A stretch of 64,000 nucleotides of DNA from the human T2T-CHM13v2.0 reference genome, Homo sapiens, in assembly GCF_009914755.1 (NCBI RefSeq), contig NC_060928.1; one strand, written 5' to 3'. The stretch's first letter is position 1. Each line of letters opens with the position of its first letter. A model generated the notes under the pieces. It was not told the origin of the DNA. It made no database searches and saw nothing but the letters and a program-made list of their open reading frames with translations. Made by a program: the position numbers and the translations under genes. This document shows positions 26,830 to 42,238 of this stretch, one piece after another.

Positions 26830-29160
26830 CAATATTCATGTATATATATATATCACATATCATGGGTATATTGAATACATGATATATGTGATATATTAGA
26901 ATATATATATGATATGTAGATTACAAACATTGTTCTTTCATCTCTTTCTTTTCACTCTAAGAGTAACCCTTTGGGTTATTCAAAGTCTGCTTTTTCTTTC
27001 ATAAAAACAACTGTCTAACTTCCCAAAGACAATTCTCATGCCCTCTATTTTCTTTTCTTACTGAACATCATGCACTCATTCACTGGAAAAGCATTTATTG
27101 ACTATCTCATTGGACTGGATATAAAAGACCAGAGCTTTTCCTCACTCCTCATGTGACACTAGATTTTCCAGGCTTTTTATCTCAATGCCAGTATGGAGAA
27201 AACTTCAGAACACTGTGTTTCTATTTATTTCCCTCCAGGCCATTTTCCACCACCCCCGGTTCTTTTCTTTAGTCTGTACTTTATCTAGTTTCTGCAATGT
27301 AAGAAATGCTCTGGGATGTATCTCTTGATCTTTCTGTTTCAGTATTCCCAAAATTAGATTGTTTCCCCAGTAGATATCTGATGTTTATGAGTGGGTAGAT
27401 GGTGGTAACAGTAAAGAGGTTCACTGGGTTCAGTTGCAAGAATTGTGTAAGTTATAGATGTAGGATAGAGTATAGAACAAACATTTCATACTTAGAAAGA
27501 TTTTCACACAAGTTTTAAGCCCAAGGAAAAGTAAAAAACCAATAGAAGCTATAATACAATATAAAATTCAAGAAGGTGCCTTCTTTCACAATGAATACTC
27601 TGAAGGAACTATCTTTTCTGTGTAAAGAAAAGAGGCAAAAACTTGAAACAGAAATTATTCTGTATAAGATGTGAACAAAATAAATAGCTTGAAAAATCAG
27701 CAAGAAAGGATACACTTCTACTGCTTGTATAGTAAGGCTGGGAGATGAAACTTATGCATGTAGGGCTTTTTTTGTTGTTCTTGGGGCATCCTGGGGGACT
27801 CCTGATGAGAAACAAACAGGAAATACTTAACTCACGGTATGCCAACTTAACTATCACAGTGTAGTAGGATACATGCCTTAGTTCTAATTCTAACACGAAT
27901 TACAGGACAAAATGAGGGAGCTTTGTCAAGGGCAAGTTTCTTGAAAATATCTCCATCAGCAGTGAGAGGTGAGTCTACCCAGTATGGGATTTTAACAGTG
28001 AAAGAACAACAAAGTCCAACTTTCTTAATAGCCTACTCATATTAATCAATTTCTGTATTTCTAAAAGTGATCTGGATACAACATGATGTCATTTGCTTTA
28101 TTTTTCTCCATTGTCCTTTCAGTTTACATAGTCTTGTTTTTCCCTGTTCCAGAATAAAACTTTGGATGTGTCCCATAGCTTTTCCAATCTATTTTAGTTA
28201 GAAGGCCTCCCTCTGTTCAGTAAATAAATTACAATTTCACTAATGAAATTTTTCTCTCTCTTTATACTGCAACCACAATTCTGGAATCACCACAGACTAG
28301 AAATGAGAAATCACTACTGCTTGTATCGCCTGTCCCAACCGGATAGTTTACCACTTTCCTTTGTGATTTGAGTGCCCTCAGTTCCTGTTTTATTGTTTTA
28401 GTTTCTGAGTCCTGAGCATGAACTGACAGAAAGAACATCATGATACATCTTCATTTATGAAGATGTATGAGCAATTAAGAGAAACTTACTATCTGTTTGA
28501 GGGGAAAATCATGATTGGAGCAAATGGCTTCCATTGAAACACAATAAATGCAGAAGAATGTAAGATCTCAGCATTTTCAATGAAAGTTGATTACGGATAA
28601 TGAAAGGATACATTAATAAAATAAAACACAGAGGAAAATAACTACTGAATATTAACCTGTCCCCAAAAAACCTCAAAATATGATTTCAAAAATGAAAAGA
28701 ATTTCAAGAGAAACAGAATAGAAAAAATGGTCAGAGTTGAGCACAATATTTTAAATTAAATGAGGAAATTGGGTTCTTTTGAGAATCAAGTGGAAAATAT
28801 AAAACATAAATAACATGATATACACGAGATCAAATACTTTTTAAAATAAAAGATACAAATAGGAAACAAATGATAGGAGGTTGTTTTTCCGTCATGAAAA
28901 AAACGAAGTAAGAAATTATACAACTTTACCATTCTGAACTTGGGTTCCCATATTCCAAAAACTTTCACCTTTCAAAAATTATTCTATTTGCATGTTCATT
29001 TACATATTATTTCACTCCACTGATTCATGTGCTAATTTATTTAACCAACATTTACTGGGAAATCATGCTTAAGAGCACTAGGCATACAAATTTTTTTTAA
29101 GATGCTGTTCTTGCTTTCAAGAGGTTCATGTTGGGAGGATACAATGCCATAATACATATG

Positions 29161-29163
<3 letters not shown>

Positions 29164-29194
<31 letters not shown>

Positions 29195-29481
29195 AGACGG
29201 AGTCTCGCTCTGTCGCCCAGGCCGGACTGCGGACTGCAGTGGCGCAATCTCGGCTCACTGCAAGCTCCACTTCCCGGGTTCACGCCATTCTCCTGCCTCA
29301 GCCTCCTGAGTAGCTGGGACTACAGGCGCCCGCCACCGCGCCCGGCTAATTTTTTGTATTTTTAGTAGAGACGGGGTTTCACCTTGTTAGCCAGGATGGT
29401 CTCGATCTCCTGACCTCATGATCCACCCGCCTCGGCCTCCCAAAGTGCTGGGATTACAGGCGTGAGCCACCGCGCCCGGCC
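29164..29481 (-). mobile_element. AluYb8 (human-specific young Alu)
   Basis: 7-nt Yb duplication (ggactgcggactgcagtgg), diagnostics gacctcatgatc and caccttgttagcc, about 30-nt pure T tail, TSD acatatgaat at 29154-29163 and 29482-29491. Confidence 0.97.
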
Positions 29482-29834
29482 ACATATGAATGTTTGCAGC
29501 TCAGAGGCAGACACCTGGCAAAATAAATGACAATTGCCTTCCTTATTTCCTCATCATATCCCATACACTCTCTCCTTTATGATGAAAATAATCATAAGAA
29601 CTAGTTTTGTGATGGGAACTAGCTTTTATGTGATACAAGTTTATCTGCAATGTATTAGTAACATTATCACACCTCATTTTGCAGTAAACCATTTTACTCC
29701 ATTTTCCTTCAACATATGAACATATTTCTGCATGCAATAAATTTACACTGAAAGAAATATTTTTAATAAAAGAGGAAACCTATTTGTCCCCACTGATCAT
29801 GCTATTTTAAAACATATTAAAAATAATTTAAATT

Positions 29835-30741
29835 GGGGGGAGGAGCCAAGATGGCCGAATAGGAACAGCTCCGATCTACAGCTCCCAGCGTGACCGACGC
29901 AGAAGACCAGTGATTTCTGCATTTCCATCTGAGGTACCGGGTTCATCTCACTAGGGAGTGCCAGATAGTGGGTGCAGGCCAGTGGGTGCGCGCACAGTGC
30001 GCGAACCGAAGCAGGGCGAGGCATTGCCTCACCTGGGAAGCGCAAGGGGTCAGGGAGTTCCCTTTCCCAGTCAAAGAAAGGGGTGACGGACGCACCTGGA
30101 AAATCGGGTCACTCCCACCCGAATATTGCGCTTTTCAGACCGGCTTAAAAAACGGCGCACCACGAGATTATATCCCACACCTAGCTCTGAGGGTCCTACG
30201 CCCACAGAATCTCGCTGATTGCTAGCACAGCAGTCTGAGATCAAACTGCAAGGTGGCAGCGAGGCTGGGGGAGGGGCGCCCGCCATTGCCCAGGCTTGCT
30301 TAGGTAAACAAAGCAGCCTGGAAGCTCCAACTGGGTGGAGCCCACCACAGCTCAAGGAGGCCTGCCTGCCTCTGTAGGCTCCACCTCTGGGGGCAGGGCA
30401 CAGACAAACAAAAAGACAGCAGTAACCTCTGCAGACTTAAATGTCCCTGTCTGACAGCTTTGAAGGGAGCAGTGGTTGTCCCAGCACGCAGCTGCAGATC
30501 TGAGAACCGGCAGACTGCCTCTTCAAGTGGGTCCCTGACCCCTGACCCCCTAGCAGCCTAACTGGGAGGCACGCCCCAGCAGGGGCACACTGACACCTCA
30601 CACGGCAGGGTATTCCAACAGACCTGCAGCTGAGGGTCCTGTCTGTTAGAAGGAAAACTAACAAACAGAAAGGACATCCACACCAAAAACCCATCTGTAC
30701 ATCACCATCATCAAAGACCAAAAGTAGATAAAACCACAAAG
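29835..30741 (+). promoter_or_regulatory. L1 5' UTR internal sense/antisense promoter with YY1 site
   Basis: CpG-rich 5' UTR; caagatggccg YY1 motif at 29847-29857. Confidence 0.85.
30071..30286 (-). CDS. ORF0: L1 antisense ORF0 (71 aa, intact)
   Basis: MAGAPPPASLPPCSLISDCCASNQRDSVGVGPSELGVGYNLVVRRFLSRSEKRNIRVGVTRFSRCVRHPFL; ATG read as cat at 30284-30286. Confidence 0.85.
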   Translation of the reverse strand: MAGAPPPASLPPCSLISDCCASNQRDSVGVGPSELGVGYNLVVRRFLSRSEKRNIRVGVTRFSRCVRHPFL

Positions 30742-31758
30742 ATGGGGAAAAAACAGAACAGAAAAACTGGAAGCTCTAAAAATCAGAGCGCCTCTCCTCC
30801 TCCAAAGGAACGCAGCTCCTCACCAGCAACAGAACAAAGCTGGATGGAGAATGACTTTGACGAGCTGAGAGAAGAAGGCTTCAGAGGATCAAATTACTCT
30901 GAGCTATGGGAGGACACTCAAACCAAAGGCAAAGAAGTTGAAAACTTTGAAAAAAATTTAGAAGAAAGTATAACTAGAATAACCAATACAGAGAAGTGCT
31001 TAAAGGAGCTGATGGAGCTGAAAACCAAGGCTCGAGAACTACGTGAAGAATGCAGAAGCCTCAGGAGCTGAGGCAATCAACTGGAAGAAAGGGTGTCAGC
31101 AATGGAAGATGAAATGAATGAAATGAAGTGAGAAGGGAAGTTTAGAGAAAAAAGAATAAAAAGAAATGAGCAAAGCCTCCAAGAAATATGGGACTATGTG
31201 AAAAGACCAAATCTACGTCTGATTGGTGTACCTGAAAGTGATGGGGAGAATGGAACCAAGTTGGAAAACACTCTGCAGGATATTATCCAGGAGAACTTCC
31301 CCAATCTAGCAAGGCAGGCCAATGTTCAGATTCAGGAAATACAGAGAACGCCACAAAGATACTCCTCGAGAAGAGCAACTCCAAGACACATAATTGTCAG
31401 ATTCACCAAAGTTGAAATGAAGGAAAAAATGTTAAGGGCAGCCAGAGAGAAAGGTCGGGTTACCCTCAAAGGGAAGCCCATCAGACTAACAGCGGATTTC
31501 TCGGCAGAAACCCTACAAGCCAGAAGAGAGTGGGGGCCAATATTCAACATTCTTAAAGAAAAGAATTTTCAACCCAGAATTTCATATCCAGCCAAGCTAA
31601 GCTTCATAAGTGAAGGAGAAATAAAATACTTTACAGACAAGCAAATGCTGAGAGATTTTGTCACCACCAGACCTGCCCTAAAAGAGCTCCTGAAGGAAGC
31701 GCTAAAGATGGAAAGGAACAACCAGTACCAGCCGCTGCAAAATCATGCCAAAATGTAA
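30742..31758 (+). pseudogene. ORF1: L1 ORF1p, disrupted
   Basis: MGKKQNRKTG...NHAKM with in-frame TGA stops at 31069-31071 and 31129-31131, consistent with CGA>TGA decay. Confidence 0.95.
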
Positions 31759-31821
31759 AGACCATCGAGACTAGGAAGAAACTGCATCAACTAACTAGCA
31801 AAATAACCAGCTAACATCATA

Positions 31822-35646
<3,825 letters not shown>

Positions 35647-37079
35647 ACAATGAGATCACATGGACACAGGAAGGGGAATATCACACTCTGGGGACTGTGG
35701 TGGGGTGGGGGGAGGGTGGAGGGATAGCATTGGGAGATATACCTAATGCTAGATGACGAGTTAGTGGGTGCAGCGCACCAGCATGGCACATGTATACATA
35801 TGTAACTAACCTGCACAATGTGCACATGTACCCTAAAACTTAAAGTATAATAAAAAAAAAAGAAACTCTTAAAAAATAATAATAATAATAATTTAAATTA
35901 TATGAGAGCTGGAACTGCACCAATAGCAACTCAGGGATCCATATTGTATATGTACATGTTGCCCTATTACTTCTTCCTGAAATTAATTCATGTGCCTCTA
36001 TTTTCTCAACAATTGAAACATTTCAAGAATAGGGGCAATGCCACTTTTCCTTTAATTAGGTTTCTAATGTTTAGTAATTACTGTAGGCAGATCTCAACTA
36101 TGAATGGTGACTGCCTGAGTTTATAATATGCCTGTATGTCCAACCTGTGCTAATCTACATTGTGCAAAGGATAATTCATTTAGAGGTCAACATTTTCATA
36201 TGCCATTATCAATATTCTTCAAGAGTGAAGTCTTCTCTGGGAAGTTTCAGTTAAATCCTTGTTAGTGTTTAGTTAGCTTTTCAGAAACATGTACGAGATG
36301 CCAATGATAAAGAGGAAACAAATTACTAAGCAATCACTACAAAGGCAATACCTCCACCTGCTACAAGTTTCTTTTTTAAATTTGTATTGTATAAATATAA
36401 GCTTTTAAATATACATTTAAAAATTTTTACACTTATAAAGAATAAAGTTAAAATATTTCTAGAATTCCCTGAAAACTGATAAACATACTTTATTGTCAGT
36501 CACATATTTTAATTGTCAAAAGTGTTGTCATTTCATTTTGATTCTTTTTAAAGTCCATGGTCACAAGTTTTCCCCATGACAATATTCATGTTCCTTATTA
36601 AAGATGTGGTTATCCCAGTTTGGGGCAGAATTGTAAGCAATACAATATAAATGTGAAGTAGTGCATATTTTTAGTAGTATAACTGAAAGAAATGTTGGGA
36701 TTTTCCATGTTCTGGTGACAGCTGTCAATGGAACTAACATGTATCAGTAATGTCATTCCTGAGAAGAGGACAAGATGATTAAGGTTGAAGTAGTGGTGGG
36801 GTGATGGGGGTGGGGATTATTGATTGGAACAGAAATAGAACTTCTTAGCTGATCTTAAGCACTAAGTATACAATGCAATGAAATAAATTTTAATAATTTT
36901 TATTTTATGGATAAATAGATCAGCCATGATTAAAATAACTCAGAATTTTTATATACTAACAGTCACTGAGGAAATAAATTGAAATGAATGGTTGAATTTA
37001 TAAGTAGGGAAAATATTACCATGTCATTAATCTGTCAAAATACAACTTCAACAGACTACTTACCAAAGGCAATAACATA

Positions 37080-37290
37080 ATATTGAAGCGTATGAACTTC
37101 AAAGTAAAATGCCTAGAGCTCAAAACTGGCTCTCCCCCACACAATTGTTGTCTTTGGAATATTATTTACTTTATAAAATCTCTAATTTTCAATAGGTAGA
37201 ATGGAAATACTGATAGGATCAAAGAATTACAAGGATTGAAAATTAGCATTTTAATGTATTTCAATCTGTGCTTGGCACTTGCAGTCCATA
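37080..37290 (+). mobile_element. MIR
   Basis: tgcctagagctcaaaactggctctc...tggaatattatttac...aatggaaatactgatag. Confidence 0.5.
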
Positions 37291-37692
37291 AAAAATTTTC
37301 CTATGGAGAAAAATGTCTAGAAAGAAAAAATATGTAGACATTACCCAGAACCAAACCATTCTAAGAAGAGTGAATAAGACATAAAGTCTAGTATGAACCA
37401 CAATGTACAACTTCATACTAGTAATTTCCTAAAGTCAAGATGCTTGGAGAGGCTGTGGAAAGTAATGCTAAAACATATCTTTGGAACCAAACTAATCTGT
37501 GATTGAATTCAGTCTTCAACTTTTTATCATTTGCACAATCATGGAAGATTACATATATATTTTACTCTTTCATTTTTCATTTGTAATTAGGTATGATACT
37601 CTTTTAAGGCCATTATATAAGGTGATTCTTTATGTTATATACTCAGTTCAATGCTTGGTATATGCTCTTATGCCCTCAAATAGTATTACTTT

Positions 37693-37750
37693 TCCCAGGA
37701 GTTTGAGGCTGCGGTGAGCTATGATTGTGCCACTGTGCTCCAGCCTGGAT
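37693..37750 (+). mobile_element. Short Alu/7SL-derived fragment (AluJo/FRAM-like right-arm piece)
   Basis: cccaggagtttgaggctgcggtgagctatgattgtgccactgtgctccagcctgg; no polyA. Confidence 0.8.
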
Positions 37751-37851
37751 GCTTAGGTTATTTTTAACTTATACTCTCACATTCAATAATTTTAAAGAAT
37801 TGACAGGATATATTTTTAGAAATCTGTTTGAACATATTGGAAAGCTACTAG

Positions 37852-38307
37852 TGTTAAAGGTAATTCTGACTCCTCAAAAATGTTAAAGATGACTTTACTC
37901 AAGATTCTTGCAATAAAGGGTAAGACCACTGCAATAGCAGAGAGACATTGAGCTCAACTCCAAATACAACAAGGCAAGTGAGGATTTATAGCTGATGAGC
38001 AGATTGGGGGGAATTACTAAGGGAAATTACTAGGAGGAGACATCAAGGGTAGGAGAATGGTTGCTAAACTGACCTAACCAGATGCTTATTAATCCAGGCC
38101 AAGAACTTACACATCAAAGGTAGGGGATGAAGAACTTTGTCAGATATCAAATTTGATCAGATATCAAGAGTGGGGTATTGACTTAGCAGGATTCTTTATT
38201 AAGACTTGCATAGGCAGATTTAATATAGGGCACAAACATAAGACCTAGTCAAAAGAGGGCTCAGGGGAGCCTGTCTAAACGTTTGGTCAAGGAGAGAGTC
38301 TTCATCA
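37852..38307 (-). mobile_element. MER31 ERV1 solo LTR
   Basis: Reverse complement begins tgatgaagactctctccttgaccaaacgtttagacaggctcccctgagccctctt. Confidence 0.8.
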
Positions 38308-40012
38308 TCAGGCAGTAAGAAAACAGTGGGCAAAGATTCAGAAGAGGTGAAAAGCCAAGAGAAAGAGGCCTACCATATGATTTCAGGTTTCTTTGTGATT
38401 GCCAATAACGTAGAAGTTGAAGGGATGTGGTGAAAACTTGAGCAGAGCTTCCAGCGGGCCTGCTCCAATTTCAATGTTATGGATGAGGAAACCTTGCTTG
38501 GGACCTCTTAGAATGCTGCATCTCTCCAATGCTACAGACTTGCTTGGAACCTCTTGGAATTTCTACCATCTGAGAAATAGATGTGAACTGTAATAGATGG
38601 TTCTTAATGAGGATTAATGTCTATTCTTTAAATACAGTCTGTCAATTTCTGGTTATATTTGGTGACATGTGTTATTTAAAGCACAAATAAGTCCTTTTTT
38701 TGAAATGTAGAATCATAGACTTCCAGTTTCAGATGTGACACGTGAAGAGCTTGGAAGTTGTCACTTGTCTTTATAACAAGAAGAAAAAGCTGAACAATCT
38801 AAAAATCAATTACTTTTCTTAGACACATTGGTGAACTGAGGTAGCAGGCCAACCACCATACTAAAATATGTAGAAAGGAAAATAGAAAGAATTACTATAT
38901 GTGATTCAGAGTCTCAACCATGTGTTATCCAAGTCAAAATCTTTGTAACATCTGGAAGAGAAGCTGCTGGAGCCATAAACTGAAGAAACACTTAAATGGT
39001 AATTGTGAAAAGTTACTGGTGCTGAAGAGTGGATAAGCATGTGAATGGGAAACTACCTGTGAGCTTTTGGGGATTAGGGTGCCCAGCTATTCATAGGTTT
39101 TACCTCTAGTAACTCTATAAGGTTCTCATGGTGAAGAGCCAAACAGGGAAAAATATCAATCCTGTAGTGACTCTAGCAGGAGGAAGGAAATGTAACCAAT
39201 TTGAAAGACAACCATAGTAGCCTCCATAACAAAGGTCTACTATCCGGGGGAAATGACTTTCCCAAGACTTATGCAATCTAGGTTGAAGGCATTTATCAAA
39301 TTTCAGCTCTTTCTAACCTTCTTATATAACATAAATGAAGGTGGTGATGGAGCTAAGAAACATATTACATTCCTGAAACTTGAAATACTAAAAGATTGAG
39401 ATTTAATCATAAGATTAGAAAGTGATCCTCTTCTACTACTTTTACCATCATATCAAAGGGGTTCCATTATAATAGCAGTGAATTGTAGCTGAAAGAGCTG
39501 CAAAGTACAGACTCTACTTAAGGAATAGGAAAACACAATTTTAAAAAGAAAAAAAAATGACTCTCAGACATTAGAAGAATTTTAAAGCCTTAGGTATCTA
39601 CAGGTACAGAAAACATTAAGCAAAACCCAGCTCATAGCCAGATTATTATAAAATCTCACACTAGAGGACTTTTACCTAAATTCCAATTGCCTGATACATC
39701 ATATCCAGGTGGTAATAGAAAAAATGTAGTAAAAAGCAAGAAAAAATACTACAAAATGTAGTAAGATGCAAAGAAAGCATTAGAACCAGACTCAGATTTT
39801 TATACAGATTTTTATACAGATTTTGGAATTTTCAGAGGGCAATAGTTACGAATAATAGCTATGAATAATACATAAAGGACTTCAATGGAAAAATAGGCAC
39901 TATACAAGAAAAAATGTGTAATGTAAACAGAAAGATGGGAACTCTAAGAAAGAATCAAAAGAAAATGTTAGAAATGAGAAAAAAATACTGTAACAAAAAT
40001 GAAGAATACCTT

Positions 40013-40460
40013 TATAAAAGGAAAATATCTTGGGCCCCCAACATCACTAAACTAAAGGGAAAAGTCAAGCTGGGAACTGCTTAGGGAAAACCTGCCCCCC
40101 ATTCTATTCAAATTCACCCCACTTCTTACTGAGATAAATACATATTTGATGGCTTCCTTTGGAAAGGCTAATCAGAAACTCAAAAGAATGCAACCATTTG
40201 TCTCTTATTTACCTATGACCTGGAAGGCTCCTCCCCGCTTTGAGTTGTCCCACCTTTTCAGACTGAACCAATGTTCATCTTACATATGTTGACTGATGTC
40301 TCATGTCTCTCCAAAATGTATAAAACCAAACTGTGCTCTGACCACCTTGGGCACATGTCGACAAGACCTCCTGAGGCTGTGTCACAGGGCACATCCTCAA
40401 CCTTGGCAAAATAAACTTTCTAAATTAACTGATATCTGTCTCAGATTTTGGGGGTTCACA
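40013..40460 (+). mobile_element. MER4A1 5' LTR
   Basis: tataaaaggaaaatatcttgggccccc...ggcaaaataaactttc...ggggttcaca. Confidence 0.9.
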
Positions 40461-40463
40461 TTT

Positions 40464-40481
40464 TAGTAACCATGAAGGGAT
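40464..40481 (+). other. Primer binding site (tRNA-Arg TCG-like)
   Basis: tagtaaccatgaagggat, 3 nt after the LTR, has two mismatches to TGGTAACCACGAAGGGAT, the complement of a tRNA-Arg(TCG) 3' end as I recall it. Confidence 0.65.
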
Positions 40482-40980
40482 TCTGAATGGAGGTGCCCCA
40501 ACTTTTGGCAAATCTCCTATTGGTGCTTGGTACCAGCTTGAGCTACCTTTAGGGACAATAGAACAATTTGCAGAGACCTGGAAGCACCTCCACCAGAGAA
40601 TCCTTGATCTCCCGAAATTTGGTCAAGATCTAAAGTTTATTTTGCTCTGCAAGCTTTTTTTTGCAGGGGAGGGCGGGGAGTTTTACTTTCTTCCAACACA
40701 AGGCAGGCAAGTTTTTTTCCTGCTTCCATGACAATGGAAGGCAGGTAACTCCTTTATGGAGTTTAAGCTTGCTTCCAAACAGGCAAGATGAGTTTTTTGC
40801 CTGCTTCTAGGATGGTAGAAAGCAATCTTCAGCCTGAGACCCATCCCTTGGTAAGTAACTGAATTGGGGTTTGTCTTGGCTAAAGTTAAGATTAACTATC
40901 CACTGGTCTTAATTTCCTCTTCCCACTAGAGTGCTCAGTAATCATATAAGTTGTATGATCATGTGTTTTGCTTAATTGAT

Positions 40981-42238
40981 TTTTTTTTTCTCTTAAACTT
41001 TTTAAGTTCTTGTTGTGGGAAGTCAGGGACCCCGAACAGAGGGACTGGCTGGAGCCGCGGCAAAGGAACATAAATTGTGAAGATTTCGTGGACATTTATC
41101 AGTTGCCAAATGATACTTTTATAATTTCTTATGCCTGTCTTTAATCTCTTAATCCTGTTATCTTCATAAGCTGAGGATGTATATCACCTCAGGACCACTG
41201 TGATAATTGTGTTAACTGTGCAAATTGATTGTAAAACGTGTGTTTGAACAATAGGAAATCTGTGCACCTTGAAAAAGAACAGAATAACAGTGATTTTTAG
41301 GGAACAAGGGAAGACAACCATAAGGTCTGATTGCCTGTGGGGTTGGGCAAAAAGAGCCATATTTTTCTTTTTGCAGAGAGCCTATAAACAGACGTGCAAG
41401 TAAGAGAGATATCACTAAATTCTTTTCCTAGCAAGGGATATTAATATTAATACCCTGGGAAAGGAATGCTTTCCTCGGGGGAGGTCTATAAACGGCCGGT
41501 CTGGGAATGTCTGTCTTATGCAGTTGAGATAAGGACTGAGATACGCCCTGGTCTCCTGCAGTACCCTCAGGCTTACTAGGGTGGGGAAAAACTCTGCCCT
41601 GGTAAATTTGTGGTCAGACCAGTTCCCTGCTCTTGAACCCTGTTTTCTGTTAAGATGTTTATCAAGACAATACGTACACCACTGAACATAGACCCTTATC
41701 AGTGGTTCTGCTTTTTGCCTTTGTCCTGTTCTCTCAGAAGCATGTGATCTTTGTTAGACCCTTATTTGTAGTTCTGCTTTTTGCCCTTTGAAGCATGTGA
41801 ACTTTGTACCTACTCCCTGTTCTTATACCCCATTCCCTTTTGAAACCCTTAATAAAAACTTGCTGGTCTGACACTCAGGCGGGCATCACAGTCCTACTGA
41901 TATGTGATGTCACGCCCGGAGGCCCAGCTGTAAAATTCCTCTCTTTGTACTCTTTCTCTTTATTTCCAGCTGGCTGGAAAATAGAAAGAACCTACGTTGA
42001 AATATTGGGGTGGGGGGGGGTTCCCCCAATAAGTTCTGGGATACATTTGCAGAACATGTTTTGTTACGTAGGTATACATGTGCCATGGTGGTTTACTACA
42101 CCTATCAACCCATCATCTAGGTTTTAAGCTCCACATGCATTAGGTATTTGTCTTAATGCTCTCCCTCCCCTTGCTCCCCACAGCCTGACAGGCCCCAGTA
42201 TGTGATATTACCATCCCTGTGTCCATGTGTTCCCATTG
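40981..42238 (-). mobile_element. 5'-truncated L1PA8-like 3' end (about 230 bp) split by MER11
   Basis: T tail, then aagttct | gggatacatttgcagaacatg...taggttttaagctccacatgcattagg; TSD gcttaa(t/c)tgattttt at 40970 and 42239. Confidence 0.85.
41011..42031 (+). mobile_element. MER11 (B-like) solo LTR of HERV-K11/HML-8
   Basis: tgttgtgggaagtcagggaccccgaac...gaaagaacctacgttgaaatattgggg...ttcccccaata; 6-bp TSD agttct/agttct; AATAAA near 41851. Confidence 0.92.

Noticed and set aside
35690-35724. G-quadruplex-forming tract
   Set aside because: This is the known G-rich tract of the L1PA 3' UTR.
41690-41810. Direct repeat (cccttat...gttctgctttttgcc...gaagcatgtga) in MER11
   Set aside because: Internal repeats of this kind are a normal part of MER11 LTRs as I recall them, so they are not locus-specific and not CRISPR-like.
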